The position numbers were made by a program, and so were the translations under genes. The notes beneath the pieces were generated by a model. That model saw only the letters and a list, made by a program, of their open reading frames with translations, had not been told where the DNA came from and searched no databases. DNA of 64,000 bases from a virus. Location: positions 6,918 through 70,917 of IMG/VR virus record IMGVR_UViG_3300048808_000008. One strand, written 5' to 3'. Positions 55,484-64,000 of the stretch are shown here, in pieces (position 1 is the stretch's first letter; the number at the start of each line of letters is the position of its first letter).

Positions 55484-56683
55484 TTAGGCCCCCATCGAAA
55501 GCGCCGGCTGATCGTCCGCAAACGGATCGTCGGAGTCGTCGTCCGGCTCCGGTTCGGCCTTCTCACGCAGTTCGCACGCAGGGCAAAGCTTCGGCCGGTC
55601 GCCGACGATCTCTTTGCCGCAGGTCGTGCAGTTGGTTAGCGGCGGTTCATCAGACTTCGCGGCGGCGGGTTTTGTGTGCTCGGCTACCAACCGCTCGAAT
55701 TCGTCGCGCAGTTCGAGCAGGTCCGGCGTCGCAATATCGCGCAGCTTGTTTGCGCCGTGTTTAGTCATGCGCCATTGCGCCCAAGCTTGGGCCGCCGCGG
55801 TGCCTTCGTGGTCGTGCTGCAGTTTTGCGATCGCCGCCGTGCATTGACGGCGTTCGTCAGAAGACGCCCCGGCCGCAGGTTTCGTTGCCGTCGCCACATT
55901 CCCCGCCGCCCACTCTGCGATCTGTGCGCCGACATCCTCCGTTAGTTGCACCCCCTGGCGATCAAAGATGCGCTTGAACTGTTTGGGCAGCTTAATCATC
56001 ATCTTTTCACCTTCTTCGAGGTCGTTTCCAAAGAAGGTGGGAACCCCGTTCGCATTCGGGAGAAGCAAGCAGTTCAACGTCATCTCGAACACGAACTCCG
56101 GCCCGGCGATTGGCATAAAGCCCATCTTGACCACTTCCATCTTGTTATTCGCGCCGCGCTGGGGTTTGGCGGTGTCCTTCGCCCGAAAACAGCAGATGAC
56201 GTTGCAATCCAGTTGAAGCATCCCGTTGATGAGTTGCCGGCGCATCTGCTTTGGTTCAGCCCAAGCCAGCATCTTCATGGTCTCACGCTTTTTGAAATCG
56301 TCTCCAGCTAAGCGGGTTAAGATCGTTTCGTGCATGTCGAGCATTCCGCCCGGCCCTTCGTGCTCGTGACTCATCGAGTCGACGACGATCACCTTTGCGC
56401 CCTGCCGAGTGCAATACTGCATAGCCGCCAGGTAGTCGAGTGACCCAAAGGGTGCGCCGAACGGCACGTGGATAAACTTGAAATCGTCGGCGTAATGCTT
56501 GGCACGCCCATTCTCGGTATCGACAAAGTAGATGTCACCGCCGACCACCTGTTGAATGCCGGTTGCCAGCCGTAGGGCCGAATAGGTCTTTCCGCCGCCG
56601 GACGGCCCGGAGAGGCCCACCAGCACGGGGACACGCTCGCGTACCGCCGGCGCGCCCGTAAAATCTCGTGTAGAAGGTTTCAT
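55484..56683 (-). CDS. AAA-family ATPase (Sak4/AAA_24-like recombination protein)
   Basis: GPSGGGKT, VDTE, IVVDSMSHE; next to the exonuclease. Confidence 0.85.
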   Translation of the reverse strand: MKPSTRDFTGAPAVRERVPVLVGLSGPSGGGKTYSALRLATGIQQVVGGDIYFVDTENGRAKHYADDFKFIHVPFGAPFGSLDYLAAMQYCTRQGAKVIVVDSMSHEHEGPGGMLDMHETILTRLAGDDFKKRETMKMLAWAEPKQMRRQLINGMLQLDCNVICCFRAKDTAKPQRGANNKMEVVKMGFMPIAGPEFVFEMTLNCLLLPNANGVPTFFGNDLEEGEKMMIKLPKQFKRIFDRQGVQLTEDVGAQIAEWAAGNVATATKPAAGASSDERRQCTAAIAKLQHDHEGTAAAQAWAQWRMTKHGANKLRDIATPDLLELRDEFERLVAEHTKPAAAKSDEPPLTNCTTCGKEIVGDRPKLCPACELREKAEPEPDDDSDDPFADDQPALSMGA

Positions 56684-56725
56684 GTTGTTGATCTTTCTGC
56701 CATTTTGTCTCTTAGGCTGAGTGAT

Positions 56726-57643
56726 CTACTGATCGTAAAGCCCCGCCTCGATCTCGGCATTCAGCGCCCACGGCGGCGGGTTAATCGTGAGCGTTTCGTT
56801 GCCATAAGCCGGCCACTCGTCCGCGATCAGACAATCTTTCCAAAGGGGGATTGCGCGCCGGATTTTGAAGTCGGCCACGGCGCGGGCCTCACCGGAGAGC
56901 GTGACCGGTGTCACCACGTAAGGAGGCGTCGTCTCCACAAACAAGAATACAAAACCCGATCGGCCACCCATCTGCGGTAACAAGGTCTCGTAGCCGATCT
57001 GGTAAAGCTCCGACTGTATGTCGTAGCCCATCTGGGCGATCTTGGCCGCGATCGCTTTCGGATGCGCGCTCGGGCAGGTTTTCACGTCCCACATCTTGCC
57101 GGCGAGAAGTAACGTCCGGTCTATTAGGGACTGGCATAACGCGCCGTCAGCAGGGAAGAGCATTGCCAGTTCGGAAATGCAGTCCGGATGATAAAACTCG
57201 CACTGATCGGACGCGCAAACTTGCCGTTCGAACGCATCGACCATAGCCCCGCATTCGTCCAGTTTGTGAGCGAGGATCGGCGTCTTACCGGCCGCGCGGG
57301 CGTCCTCTTTGAACTCCCGCGCCGCCTTGGTCCGCCAGTCGTCGAACTCTCCCACCGCGAATCCGTCGCCCTTGCCTAAGATGAGCTGGTGAACGATATC
57401 TCCGAAATCCATAGCCGCCGAAGCCTCGCAGGAATTGCCGCCAAGTTGCGGATGCTCATACCAGGCATGGAGCGGGCTTTTACTGACCATCGTGTGAATG
57501 GTCGATTTCGAAAGAGTGATCGGCCAATCGACCCCGGCGCGGGCGTGGTAGGTCTCCGCGGGAATGTCCCAAAAGCCCGGGCCCATCACATCTCCTTTGT
57601 AGTAGCGGCGTATCAGGCTGCTCGTGTCGGAGATTTTGCTCAT
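56726..57643 (-). CDS. RecE/exonuclease VIII-like PD-(D/E)XK nuclease (DUF3799-like)
   Basis: YH, LSKS, AMDFG..VH..IL, ID....DVKT, GY.IQ...Y, F.FVE..PPY. Confidence 0.85.
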   Translation of the reverse strand: MSKISDTSSLIRRYYKGDVMGPGFWDIPAETYHARAGVDWPITLSKSTIHTMVSKSPLHAWYEHPQLGGNSCEASAAMDFGDIVHQLILGKGDGFAVGEFDDWRTKAAREFKEDARAAGKTPILAHKLDECGAMVDAFERQVCASDQCEFYHPDCISELAMLFPADGALCQSLIDRTLLLAGKMWDVKTCPSAHPKAIAAKIAQMGYDIQSELYQIGYETLLPQMGGRSGFVFLFVETTPPYVVTPVTLSGEARAVADFKIRRAIPLWKDCLIADEWPAYGNETLTINPPPWALNAEIEAGLYDQ

Positions 57644-57906
57644 GGCTTATAGACCTTGACGACCCGCCGAACCGAGAACTCGACTAGTTTGGCGTTCGGC
57701 AATTGGTTTGAGGCTATCACGTTCTGAATTATCCTGTCGATTCTGGCGAGGGGTATGCGGTCTGAGTAGACAATCGGGATCAGTCCGCCGCTCCAATAAA
57801 CCATAGGGATACCCTCCTCGCCTTCGGGTAATCGGGGATCGCCGGCAACGCCCACGCTCAGTAGAGCGTACAGATTTTGGACCACGAAACCGGGTTTGTT
57901 AGCCAT
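57640..57906 (-). CDS. Hypothetical protein
   Basis: 88-aa ORF with ATGA coupling. Confidence 0.55.
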   Translation of the reverse strand: MANKPGFVVQNLYALLSVGVAGDPRLPEGEEGIPMVYWSGGLIPIVYSDRIPLARIDRIIQNVIASNQLPNAKLVEFSVRRVVKVYKP

Positions 57907-57924
57907 CGATTCAAGCCCCTTCCT

Positions 57925-59037
57925 TTAATACCGAATCTCTACATGGGTAATCGCGCCTTCGGACAGAGCCTTGGCGACGGCCGTGGCCTGCTCCTGGGAC
58001 AACGTTGCGTGTTCCACCAGTGCGGCGATAATCTCCCGGTGGATCTTGTTGCGGTGCCGCGTTTTCGCCTGACGCGCCTCTGCCGCCTTTTGCTCGGCAA
58101 GCTGCTCAGCCTCGATGCGCTCACGTTCGGCTTTGACCGCCCACTGCCGCTCACGTTCGGCCCGCTCCTTGGCGGCTACCCGATCCCGCTCGGCGCCGAG
58201 AGCCGCTAACCGTTCGCGTTCCTCGCCCTCGGTCCGGATGCGATCGGCACGCTCGGCCTCTTCCTTGGCCCGGCGCTCAGCCGCCACCACCGCTTCCTGT
58301 AATCGGGTAGCCTCGGCGCGGACAGTTGCTTCGGCTTCTGCCTTTGCTCTCACCGCCGCCTCCTGCCGGATTTGTTCCTCGCGGGCAGCTCTCTGGCGCT
58401 CAGCTTCTTCGGCCCGTAGGCGCGCCAGTTCTGCCGCCTCTGCCTCGGCTTTGAGCGTCGCGGCTAAGGCATCGTTCAACCGGCTCAGAACGTCGGCGCG
58501 GGTCGTCTCTGCCCGTCGTGCGAACTCTTGCCAGTCGGAAACGTCGGCATGGCATTCCGTCGCCTGCCGGATGCGCTCGGCGATTTGTTCCGATGTCGCC
58601 GGTAGGTATCCACCATACCGTTCGATCTGCTCGATCATCGTTTCGAACCGGCCGACCCGTTCGGCCTCGCGCTGTTCGTACTCGGTGAGCGGCGCCCTCA
58701 CTTCGTCTCTCAGTGCGTCGAGTTCGTCGCGTAGCCGTCGCCGCTCGGCATCGACCTGGCGGGGAAGGTCTTTGAGCTGGGCGACATACTCTTTACCGGC
58801 ATCGTCGATCTTGACCTTGGCCGAAGCGATTTCTCGCGCCGTCTTACGGATGCACTCGCGGCCCTTTGCGGTGGATACGTCCAAGTCTTTCTCACGATCC
58901 TTAACGGCTCTCTTGATGGCGTCGATGATCGGATCGGTTCCGCCAGGCTTAAAGGCGTCGTGGACGACAAGCCCGCGCAACGGCACCAGGTCGGCCGAAG
59001 TCTCTACCGGGGTTTCGCGCTCTAAGAATGCAGCCAT
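57925..59037 (-). CDS. Coiled-coil phage protein
   Basis: DVST.KGR..I...A..IA..K..IDD.GK, VRAPLTEYE, C-terminal I.HV.IRY. Confidence 0.75.
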   Translation of the reverse strand: MAAFLERETPVETSADLVPLRGLVVHDAFKPGGTDPIIDAIKRAVKDREKDLDVSTAKGRECIRKTAREIASAKVKIDDAGKEYVAQLKDLPRQVDAERRRLRDELDALRDEVRAPLTEYEQREAERVGRFETMIEQIERYGGYLPATSEQIAERIRQATECHADVSDWQEFARRAETTRADVLSRLNDALAATLKAEAEAAELARLRAEEAERQRAAREEQIRQEAAVRAKAEAEATVRAEATRLQEAVVAAERRAKEEAERADRIRTEGEERERLAALGAERDRVAAKERAERERQWAVKAERERIEAEQLAEQKAAEARQAKTRHRNKIHREIIAALVEHATLSQEQATAVAKALSEGAITHVEIRY

Positions 59038-59039
59038 GA

Positions 59040-59459
59040 TTACTTTGCCTCCGGCGTGATTTGGGGCTTGCCAGCTATCGCCGCCAGCTCCGGTATTAGT
59101 GTCGGCTCGGCAGGGAATTCCATGATCTCTTTGGACTTCACGCGGACTTCCAGCCTCACGGGCCCGAACCGCAGGACGGCTTCGTGCTCCTGGCAAAATG
59201 ATTCTTTGCAGTTGCCGAAAACCTGCGCCCACTTCACGAACGTTTCTCGGTCCGTCCTATGAGCGCCTATCTGTGCGAGACAGATAGGTATTTTCGGGAA
59301 GTCGGGATGCAGGCTAAGCCACGTCCGAAGGTTCTTAAGCCCCTCGATCAGCGCCTGGTTGTTGTTTACGACGGGCGCGGAATTCTGCCACGCCTCATAC
59401 TCCGCTGGGTCCGTGGGCGCAACGTCCGCGCCGCCCTCGATTTCAATCAGCATGTTCAT
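59040..59459 (-). CDS. Hypothetical protein
   Basis: 139-aa ORF in the operon. Confidence 0.55.
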   Translation of the reverse strand: MNMLIEIEGGADVAPTDPAEYEAWQNSAPVVNNNQALIEGLKNLRTWLSLHPDFPKIPICLAQIGAHRTDRETFVKWAQVFGNCKESFCQEHEAVLRFGPVRLEVRVKSKEIMEFPAEPTLIPELAAIAGKPQITPEAK

Positions 59460-59474
59460 AACCCCCTTCTTGTG

Positions 59475-59741
59475 CTAGTTGCACTCTGCAAATCCGCCGT
59501 TGTAAGCGTAGGGACCGCCATTGCCAGGCGGATCGTCGCCTCTGTAGTGCTCGCCGCGAACGCCGTACCAGCGATTCCCGTCGCCGCAGCAGTTACAGAC
59601 TACAACACCTTGATCGTCATTGGATTCCATCCAGGCGAATATGACGCCTTCCTGCCCAGTCTTATCGAACTCCTTGAGCACGTCGTCATCGACTTGGTGC
59701 AGATTTAGGAATCCGGTTCCCTCACAGTGTCCGCAGCTCAT
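59475..59741 (-). CDS. Cys-rich protein (C..C.GTG zinc-binding-like)
   Basis: CGHCEGTG, CNCCGDG. Confidence 0.6.
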   Translation of the reverse strand: MSCGHCEGTGFLNLHQVDDDVLKEFDKTGQEGVIFAWMESNDDQGVVVCNCCGDGNRWYGVRGEHYRGDDPPGNGGPYAYNGGFAECN

Positions 59742-59998
59742 ACTTCACTCCTTTCGGTTGCACGCAGGTCGGAAATGGTAGCGTTGTAAGCGTCAATATC
59801 CGATCCGTCCGCAAACCATAGGATATCCTCGATCTCCATCGGCTCGGATGGGCGGCTAGGATGCTTGATCAGTTCACCCCTCTTATGACAACTCGGAACC
59901 CAAGCGTCTTTGCTGTCGCGCCATTCTGGAGTACACTCTTTTAAGCACGTACCGCAGTAACAGCCATCTGGCGCAACGTCCGCGATTGTTTCAGTCAT
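59738..59998 (-). CDS. Cys-rich hypothetical protein
   Basis: CGTC...CH motif; ATGA overlap. Confidence 0.5.
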   Translation of the reverse strand: MTETIADVAPDGCYCGTCLKECTPEWRDSKDAWVPSCHKRGELIKHPSRPSEPMEIEDILWFADGSDIDAYNATISDLRATERSEV

Positions 59999-60012
59999 GG
60001 TCTGCCTATTCC

Positions 60013-60261
60013 TTACACTCCGACCGTGAAGCCCATAGCCTTCGCAGTGAGATCCAGCTCTTCGCTCTCTGCGACACGCGCAGCGGCATAAGCCTTCTCC
60101 CACACAGTCCGTGCGGCCTCTGCAGCCTCTTTTGCTGATTGAACCTGCTGCTCTGCTGCTCTAAGTTTTAGCGTTGCCTCAACTGCTTTGGTCTCCGCCA
60201 CAAGCCACGCGGTTGCCGCATACGACTCCGCCATTTTCAATGCGATTGTTTCGCTCGCCAT
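60013..60261 (-). CDS. Ala-rich coiled-coil protein
   Basis: GGAGG RBS; first gene after the promoter at 60308-60336. Confidence 0.55.
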   Translation of the reverse strand: MASETIALKMAESYAATAWLVAETKAVEATLKLRAAEQQVQSAKEAAEAARTVWEKAYAAARVAESEELDLTAKAMGFTVGV

Positions 60262-60307
60262 AATCTCCGCCTCCATTATCGGCAGCGCCTGCCGGTTCTG
60301 TAGTGTG

Positions 60308-60336
60308 AGCATAGCGCATGTTGCGCCAAATGTCAA
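60308..60336 (-). promoter_or_regulatory. Promoter of the leftward DNA-metabolism operon
   Basis: TTGACA-17bp-TATGCT with GGCGCAA in the spacer. Confidence 0.65.
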
Positions 60337-60614
60337 GTCTTTTTTCGGCGCGTCATGAAAATAATCTTTTGATCCCTCGCGGCGCGGTCGGCATCCTCTT
60401 TATCGACGCCGTAAGCATCCGCCAATGACAGTACCACATCGGCATTCCGAGTTCCGCGTTCTTCCAAGCTAGCAAAGCCGCGCCTCGTGAGAGGGCGTAA
60501 CCCGCGCCGGATTCTTGCAGTATTCACGGCAGGCAGCGCCTCTGTGGCCGTTTGTTCAATCGATGTTAGCCTAAGGTCCGACAATCGACTCTCGCAAGTA
60601 GCTTTTCTGGACAT
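60333..60614 (-). CDS. XRE/Cro-like HTH regulator
   Basis: RL.DLR...LTRRG..SLEERGT.....LSLADAYGV; ATG 7 nt after TATAAT (leaderless). Confidence 0.65.
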   Translation of the reverse strand: MSRKATCESRLSDLRLTSIEQTATEALPAVNTARIRRGLRPLTRRGFASLEERGTRNADVVLSLADAYGVDKEDADRAARDQKIIFMTRRKKT

Positions 60615-60620
60615 GGCGCT

Positions 60621-60687
60621 ATTATACATGCACGGCGCAAAAAATGCAATAGCCGGTATTGACAATTCGGCGCAAATATCGTATAGT
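60621..60687. promoter_or_regulatory. Divergent promoter pair
   Basis: Minus TTGCAT-17-TATAAT (60649-60621); plus TTGACA-17-TATAGT (60659-60687); both spacers contain CGGCGCAAA. Confidence 0.7.
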
Positions 60688-60825
60688 CAGAGGTATGCCT
60701 GTCAAACACGCCGAATGCGACCGTTGTGGGAACAAGCTGAACTTCGGTTCGGCTTGGCAGTTCCTCGACGTGGCTATCGACGATCGGATCATGCTAACCG
60801 TCGCGCAAGCGGCCAAGGAGAGAAG

Positions 60826-61017
60826 ATGACGCAAACTATTAACGACCAGCTTCACGAAATTCGGCGTGACGGCCGGGTGAACATGTTCGTCGTTCCAGGC
60901 GTTCAGGCCGTCGCGGCGGATCTCGACTTGTGGCAAGCGTTTGGCTGGCTCGACGACGAACTGAACACTGCGGAGTATACCGACTGGATACGCGGCAAGG
61001 TCAATATCACCACATAA
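60826..61017 (+). CDS. DUF5049-like protein
   Basis: I.DQL..IR.DG.VNMF.V..VQ.VA; AAGGAG RBS. Confidence 0.65.
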   Translation: MTQTINDQLHEIRRDGRVNMFVVPGVQAVAADLDLWQAFGWLDDELNTAEYTDWIRGKVNITT

Positions 61018-61028
61018 GGAGGGCCGAC

Positions 61029-61451
61029 GTGGCTGAACAGAATAGCGAGCGGAAGATCACGGCTATCATGCTGGCCGATTGCGCTGAATACGACTGGGAA
61101 TACCGAGAGCGTTCCAATGCTAGCGGGGGCGACAATGTAAGGGTGCTTGATTGCGAGGCGACGGCCGATGCTCTCAATAAGCAACTTGGATTGCTCACCG
61201 ATCCCCGCGACGCCAGAATCGCCGCCCTTGAGGCCGAGTTGGCGACGGCCAGGGGCTTCGCAGAGAATGTCAATAGGGTAATCTTGCGATACGGAGAGTT
61301 GTCGGCCGAGATCAACGCATCTGCCGATCGTAAGAAGTCTGAGAAATACTGCGTGATCGGGTGGAATGGCGGAGGCAGGAGGGTGGCCGAGTATTTTCCC
61401 GACATCTACGCCGCTTTCGCTTGCGCCAAGCAGATCGTAGGAGTAGGATAA
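61029..61451 (+). CDS. Mosaic array protein 1
   Basis: AAGGAGG RBS; paralog of 61463..61945. Confidence 0.7.
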   Translation: MAEQNSERKITAIMLADCAEYDWEYRERSNASGGDNVRVLDCEATADALNKQLGLLTDPRDARIAALEAELATARGFAENVNRVILRYGELSAEINASADRKKSEKYCVIGWNGGGRRVAEYFPDIYAAFACAKQIVGVG

Positions 61452-61462
61452 GGAGGGCGGAG

Positions 61463-61945
61463 ATGGCTGAACAGAATAGCGAAACGCTTTTGAGCGCAGT
61501 GCAATTCCGTGAGTACGTGGACCAAATAGCCGCCAAAGCGTCATGGGACGGCCCTGGCGCAATCCTGTTAATGGGGCCGCTTGAAGGATACTACGGGGCC
61601 GCGCTTTCCAGAATCGCCGCCCTTGAGGCCGAGTTGGCGACGGCGAAGCAGATCACGGAGAGCGCCAGTAGGGTGATCTTGCAAGACGGAGGGAGGTGGA
61701 TCGAGATCGACGCATCTGCCGATCGTCATATGTCTGAGAAATACTGCGTGATCGGATGGGATGGCGGATACAGGCGGTTGACCGAGTATTTTCCCGACAT
61801 CTACGCCGCTTTCGCTTACGCCAAGCAGATGGTGGACGGACAGATTGCGCAAGAGCCGATAGTCGAGACCAGTCCCAGCGCCGAACTCGCCATGCTTCGA
61901 GAGAGGTCGGCCCGCTTTGTGCGTCTTTTGGATGGCTTGGCGTGA
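61463..61945 (+). CDS. Mosaic array protein 2
   Basis: Same start module and C-domain as protein 1, plus IAQEPIVETSPSAELAMLRE. Confidence 0.7.
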   Translation: MAEQNSETLLSAVQFREYVDQIAAKASWDGPGAILLMGPLEGYYGAALSRIAALEAELATAKQITESASRVILQDGGRWIEIDASADRHMSEKYCVIGWDGGYRRLTEYFPDIYAAFAYAKQMVDGQIAQEPIVETSPSAELAMLRERSARFVRLLDGLA

Positions 61946-61981
61946 TCCTGGTTGACAGGGCACTTGTAGGAGGAGGATGAA

Positions 61982-62413
61982 GTGATAGAAGACATGCTTA
62001 ACGTTTTAGAAAAGCACGTTTCATGGAGAGCGCGAACGCCTCATGGATTGCCGAACCAAGTTGCCGAATACGACCGAATGGTTGCGGAAGATAAGGCTGT
62101 GATCCTTCGCGTGTTTGCGGAGAAGGACTCCGAACTCGCCATGCTTCGAGATATGGCGGAGAGTGCAATTAGTTTTCGCGAATCCAACAGAGCCGATTTT
62201 CACGTGGCTTTGGTGCATGGAAGTGATAGATGGTTCTTTATCGCGTCCGGCAGCAAAGGTCTTGACGCAGTTCAGGAAACACTGACGGCAAATGGCGGCG
62301 ATAATAGTTTCCCCACCCTCGCCTCCGCATGGCCATTCGTGCGGGCGATACGAGAGAAGGCGGCGGCGCTAGAGATTCCGGCTGCAACTGCCGAAGATGG
62401 TGAAGGCGAATAG
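61982..62413 (+). CDS. Mosaic array protein 3
   Basis: AGGAGG RBS; ELAMLR...TLA.AWP domain; LEIPAATAEDGEG tail. Confidence 0.7.
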   Translation: MIEDMLNVLEKHVSWRARTPHGLPNQVAEYDRMVAEDKAVILRVFAEKDSELAMLRDMAESAISFRESNRADFHVALVHGSDRWFFIASGSKGLDAVQETLTANGGDNSFPTLASAWPFVRAIREKAAALEIPAATAEDGEGE

Positions 62414-62433
62414 GCCGCAGAGGAAAAAACCAA

Positions 62434-62793
62434 GTGATCTATTACATGTATAACCGAGAGACCGGTCACAGCTTATGTGACCCTATTGAGATATCCGATG
62501 TCGATGACCTGATCGACAAAAGCGCGGCACTTAGACGCTGCTACGGCGACGCGGTAGTCTATCACGCCGGTTGGCACGACGGCCCGGAGCCTGCGCCAAG
62601 CGCCGCGTTAAGAGGCATTGTACGGGCAGTGCTATTTGCCCTCTTCTGCCTGGATGCGTTCTATACAGTCACGGTGGGTATGGCTTGTTACACCCACCAC
62701 ACACGCCCCGACTGGCACCTATGGGCGTGGGCAGCCGGGGCGCTTGCTGCGGCCGTGGGTGTCGTGCGTTCTAACAAGGTGGGGAGAAAATGA
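62434..62793 (+). CDS. Mosaic array membrane protein (two TM)
   Basis: GAGGA RBS; paralog at 63670. Confidence 0.65.
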   Translation: MIYYMYNRETGHSLCDPIEISDVDDLIDKSAALRRCYGDAVVYHAGWHDGPEPAPSAALRGIVRAVLFALFCLDAFYTVTVGMACYTHHTRPDWHLWAWAAGALAAAVGVVRSNKVGRK

Positions 62794-63359
62794 ATGACCG
62801 CGCCGCTGAGTTCGGCGCCGAGATTGTTGGCAACTTGTGGGAGGGAGTAAAAATGCTGAGGAAGACGAAGCTCAGTAAACGGGAAACCGAGGTATTGCAG
62901 TGGATGGCCACCGGACTGACATACCGCGAAATCGGGACGAAGCTGTACATATCAAGGCGGACCGCTGAGGCGCATGCCTTATCAGCATGCATATATTTGT
63001 GCGCTTCAAACCGTATTGCGGCGGTTCGTGCCGGGGTCGCCATGGGGATTATCAAATGCCCGTATTGCAGAGATGAAAAGATTGCGCAAGAGCCGATAGT
63101 CGAGACCAGTCCCAGCGCCGAACTCGCCATGCTTCGAGAGATGGTGGGTTCGGCTACACGCTTCAACGTCGTTACCGGCGACATCTTTATACAGCTTTAC
63201 GAGTCCGAAACCGGCTGGCGATTCATCTCAGTGGACGGCGGATCCGATATTCTTGCGTCTGTGCTTAGTAGTCCTAGTGGTCCGATGACGCCGTACAAGA
63301 CCCTCGCCGATGCATGGCCGGTCGTGCTGGAGATACGAAAGAAGGCGGATTTATGTTAA
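62790..63359 (+). CDS. LuxR-type HTH fused to array modules
   Basis: LSKRETEVLQWMATGLTYREIG..LYISRRT...H; start may be 62853. Confidence 0.8.
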   Translation: MNDRAAEFGAEIVGNLWEGVKMLRKTKLSKRETEVLQWMATGLTYREIGTKLYISRRTAEAHALSACIYLCASNRIAAVRAGVAMGIIKCPYCRDEKIAQEPIVETSPSAELAMLREMVGSATRFNVVTGDIFIQLYESETGWRFISVDGGSDILASVLSSPSGPMTPYKTLADAWPVVLEIRKKADLC

Positions 63360-63649
63360 AACTTAGCCTGGGGCGTACCCGCCCCGCCTTTCTGCGGAGA
63401 GCGCCGGTAGGACGACTAGTGTTTTCTGTTGGGTGTGGCCGACTGCCCGATCCGTGGTGGGCGGTATATAAATCAGTCAGCGGAACGATTTTTTACACGT
63501 TTTTAGGCGTAAACTATATGGTTTCTACTGAGAGCCGACTGCGGATTTTGCAGCTTGTGATCGGGCCACTCAGCCTGTCCGTTGGATGGCTTGGGAGTGA
63601 GCCGCTAGAGATTCCGGCTGCAACTGCCGAAGATGGTGAAGGCAAATAG
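63353..63649 (+). CDS. Mosaic array protein with a LEIPAATAEDGEG tail
   Basis: Shares its 3' end with 61982..62413. Confidence 0.55.
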   Translation: MLKLSLGRTRPAFLRRAPVGRLVFSVGCGRLPDPWWAVYKSVSGTIFYTFLGVNYMVSTESRLRILQLVIGPLSLSVGWLGSEPLEIPAATAEDGEGK

Positions 63650-63669
63650 GCCGCAGAGGAGAAAACCAA

Positions 63670-64000
63670 GTGATCTATTACATGTATGACCGCGAGCGTA
63701 GCCGCTCTTTCGGGCCGCCTGTCGAGATCGAAGACGAGGACCTGATCGACAAAAGTGCGGCGCTTAGACGCTGCTACGGCGACGCCGCGGTTTACGACAC
63801 CGTTTGGCACGATGGCCCGGAACGTGAGCTGTACGCCGGTTGGCACGACGGTCCGGAACCTGCGCCGAACGCGGCGTTAAGAGGCATTGTACGGGCAGTG
63901 CTATTTGCCCTCTTCTGCCTGGATGCGTTCTATACAGTCACGGTGGGTATGGCTTGTTACACCCACCACACACGCCCCGACTGGCACCTATGGGCGTGGG
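63670..64000 (+). CDS. Paralog of 62434..62793, truncated by the window end
   Basis: Manual translation VIYYMYDRERSRSFGPPVEIEDEDLIDKSAALRRCYGD..., with WHDGPE duplicated. Confidence 0.7.
   Translation, partial: MIYYMYDRERSRSFGPPVEIEDEDLIDKSAALRRCYGDAAVYDTVWHDGPERELYAGWHDGPEPAPNAALRGIVRAVLFALFCLDAFYTVTVGMACYTHHTRPDWHLWAW

Larger units (their letters stand above)
61015..64000 (+). repeat. Mosaic array of small genes sharing 22-220 bp direct-repeat modules
   Basis: Repeats at 61015/61449, 61213/61608, 61842/63079 (63 bp identical; part also at 62130), 62316/63301, 62367/63603 and about 62600/63870. Confidence 0.9.

Noticed and set aside
61213-61830. Diversity-generating retroelement TR/VR pair
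   Set aside because: Mismatches between the copies are not confined to adenines, and no reverse transcriptase is present in the window.
61015-64000. CRISPR array or integron cassette array
   Set aside because: The repeats are coding, of unequal length and spacing; no attC-like palindromes, cas genes or integrase were seen.
1-64000. Genome-wide stop-codon reassignment
   Set aside because: Core genes are full length under the standard code, and all three stops end genes at sensible positions.

Overview
The whole window reads as most of a GC-rich, podovirus-like tailed phage or prophage genome. No integrase, att site, DNA polymerase or primase is visible, and both ends run out of the window. 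Layout: a small leftward regulatory operon (0.36-1.9 kb); a long rightward late region with terminases, an apparently split P22-like portal, scaffold, capsid, two paralogous decoration proteins, a tnpB-only IS200/IS605 element, a four-gene glycosylation cluster, adaptors, nozzle, ejection proteins and tail fibre (2-37 kb); a leftward moron block (37-39.8 kb); a lysis and accessory block with structured intergenic RNAs, GH16, tRNA-Trp and a PLD-family nuclease (39.9-45.6 kb); a leftward DNA-metabolism operon with two methyltransferases, helicase, frameshifted DUF5131, RusA, MazG-like, AAA ATPase and RecE-like genes (45.6-60.6 kb); and a rightward mosaic array of small genes built from shared sequence modules (60.8-64 kb). 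Best candidates for new biology: (1) a virion O-glycosylation system, with a TibC/AAH-like GT9 and Ser-rich tracts in several virion proteins; (2) the module-shuffled gene array; (3) kissing-loop and switch-like RNAs in the lysis region; (4) the split portal. All family calls come from recognising motifs by eye; no database search was run.
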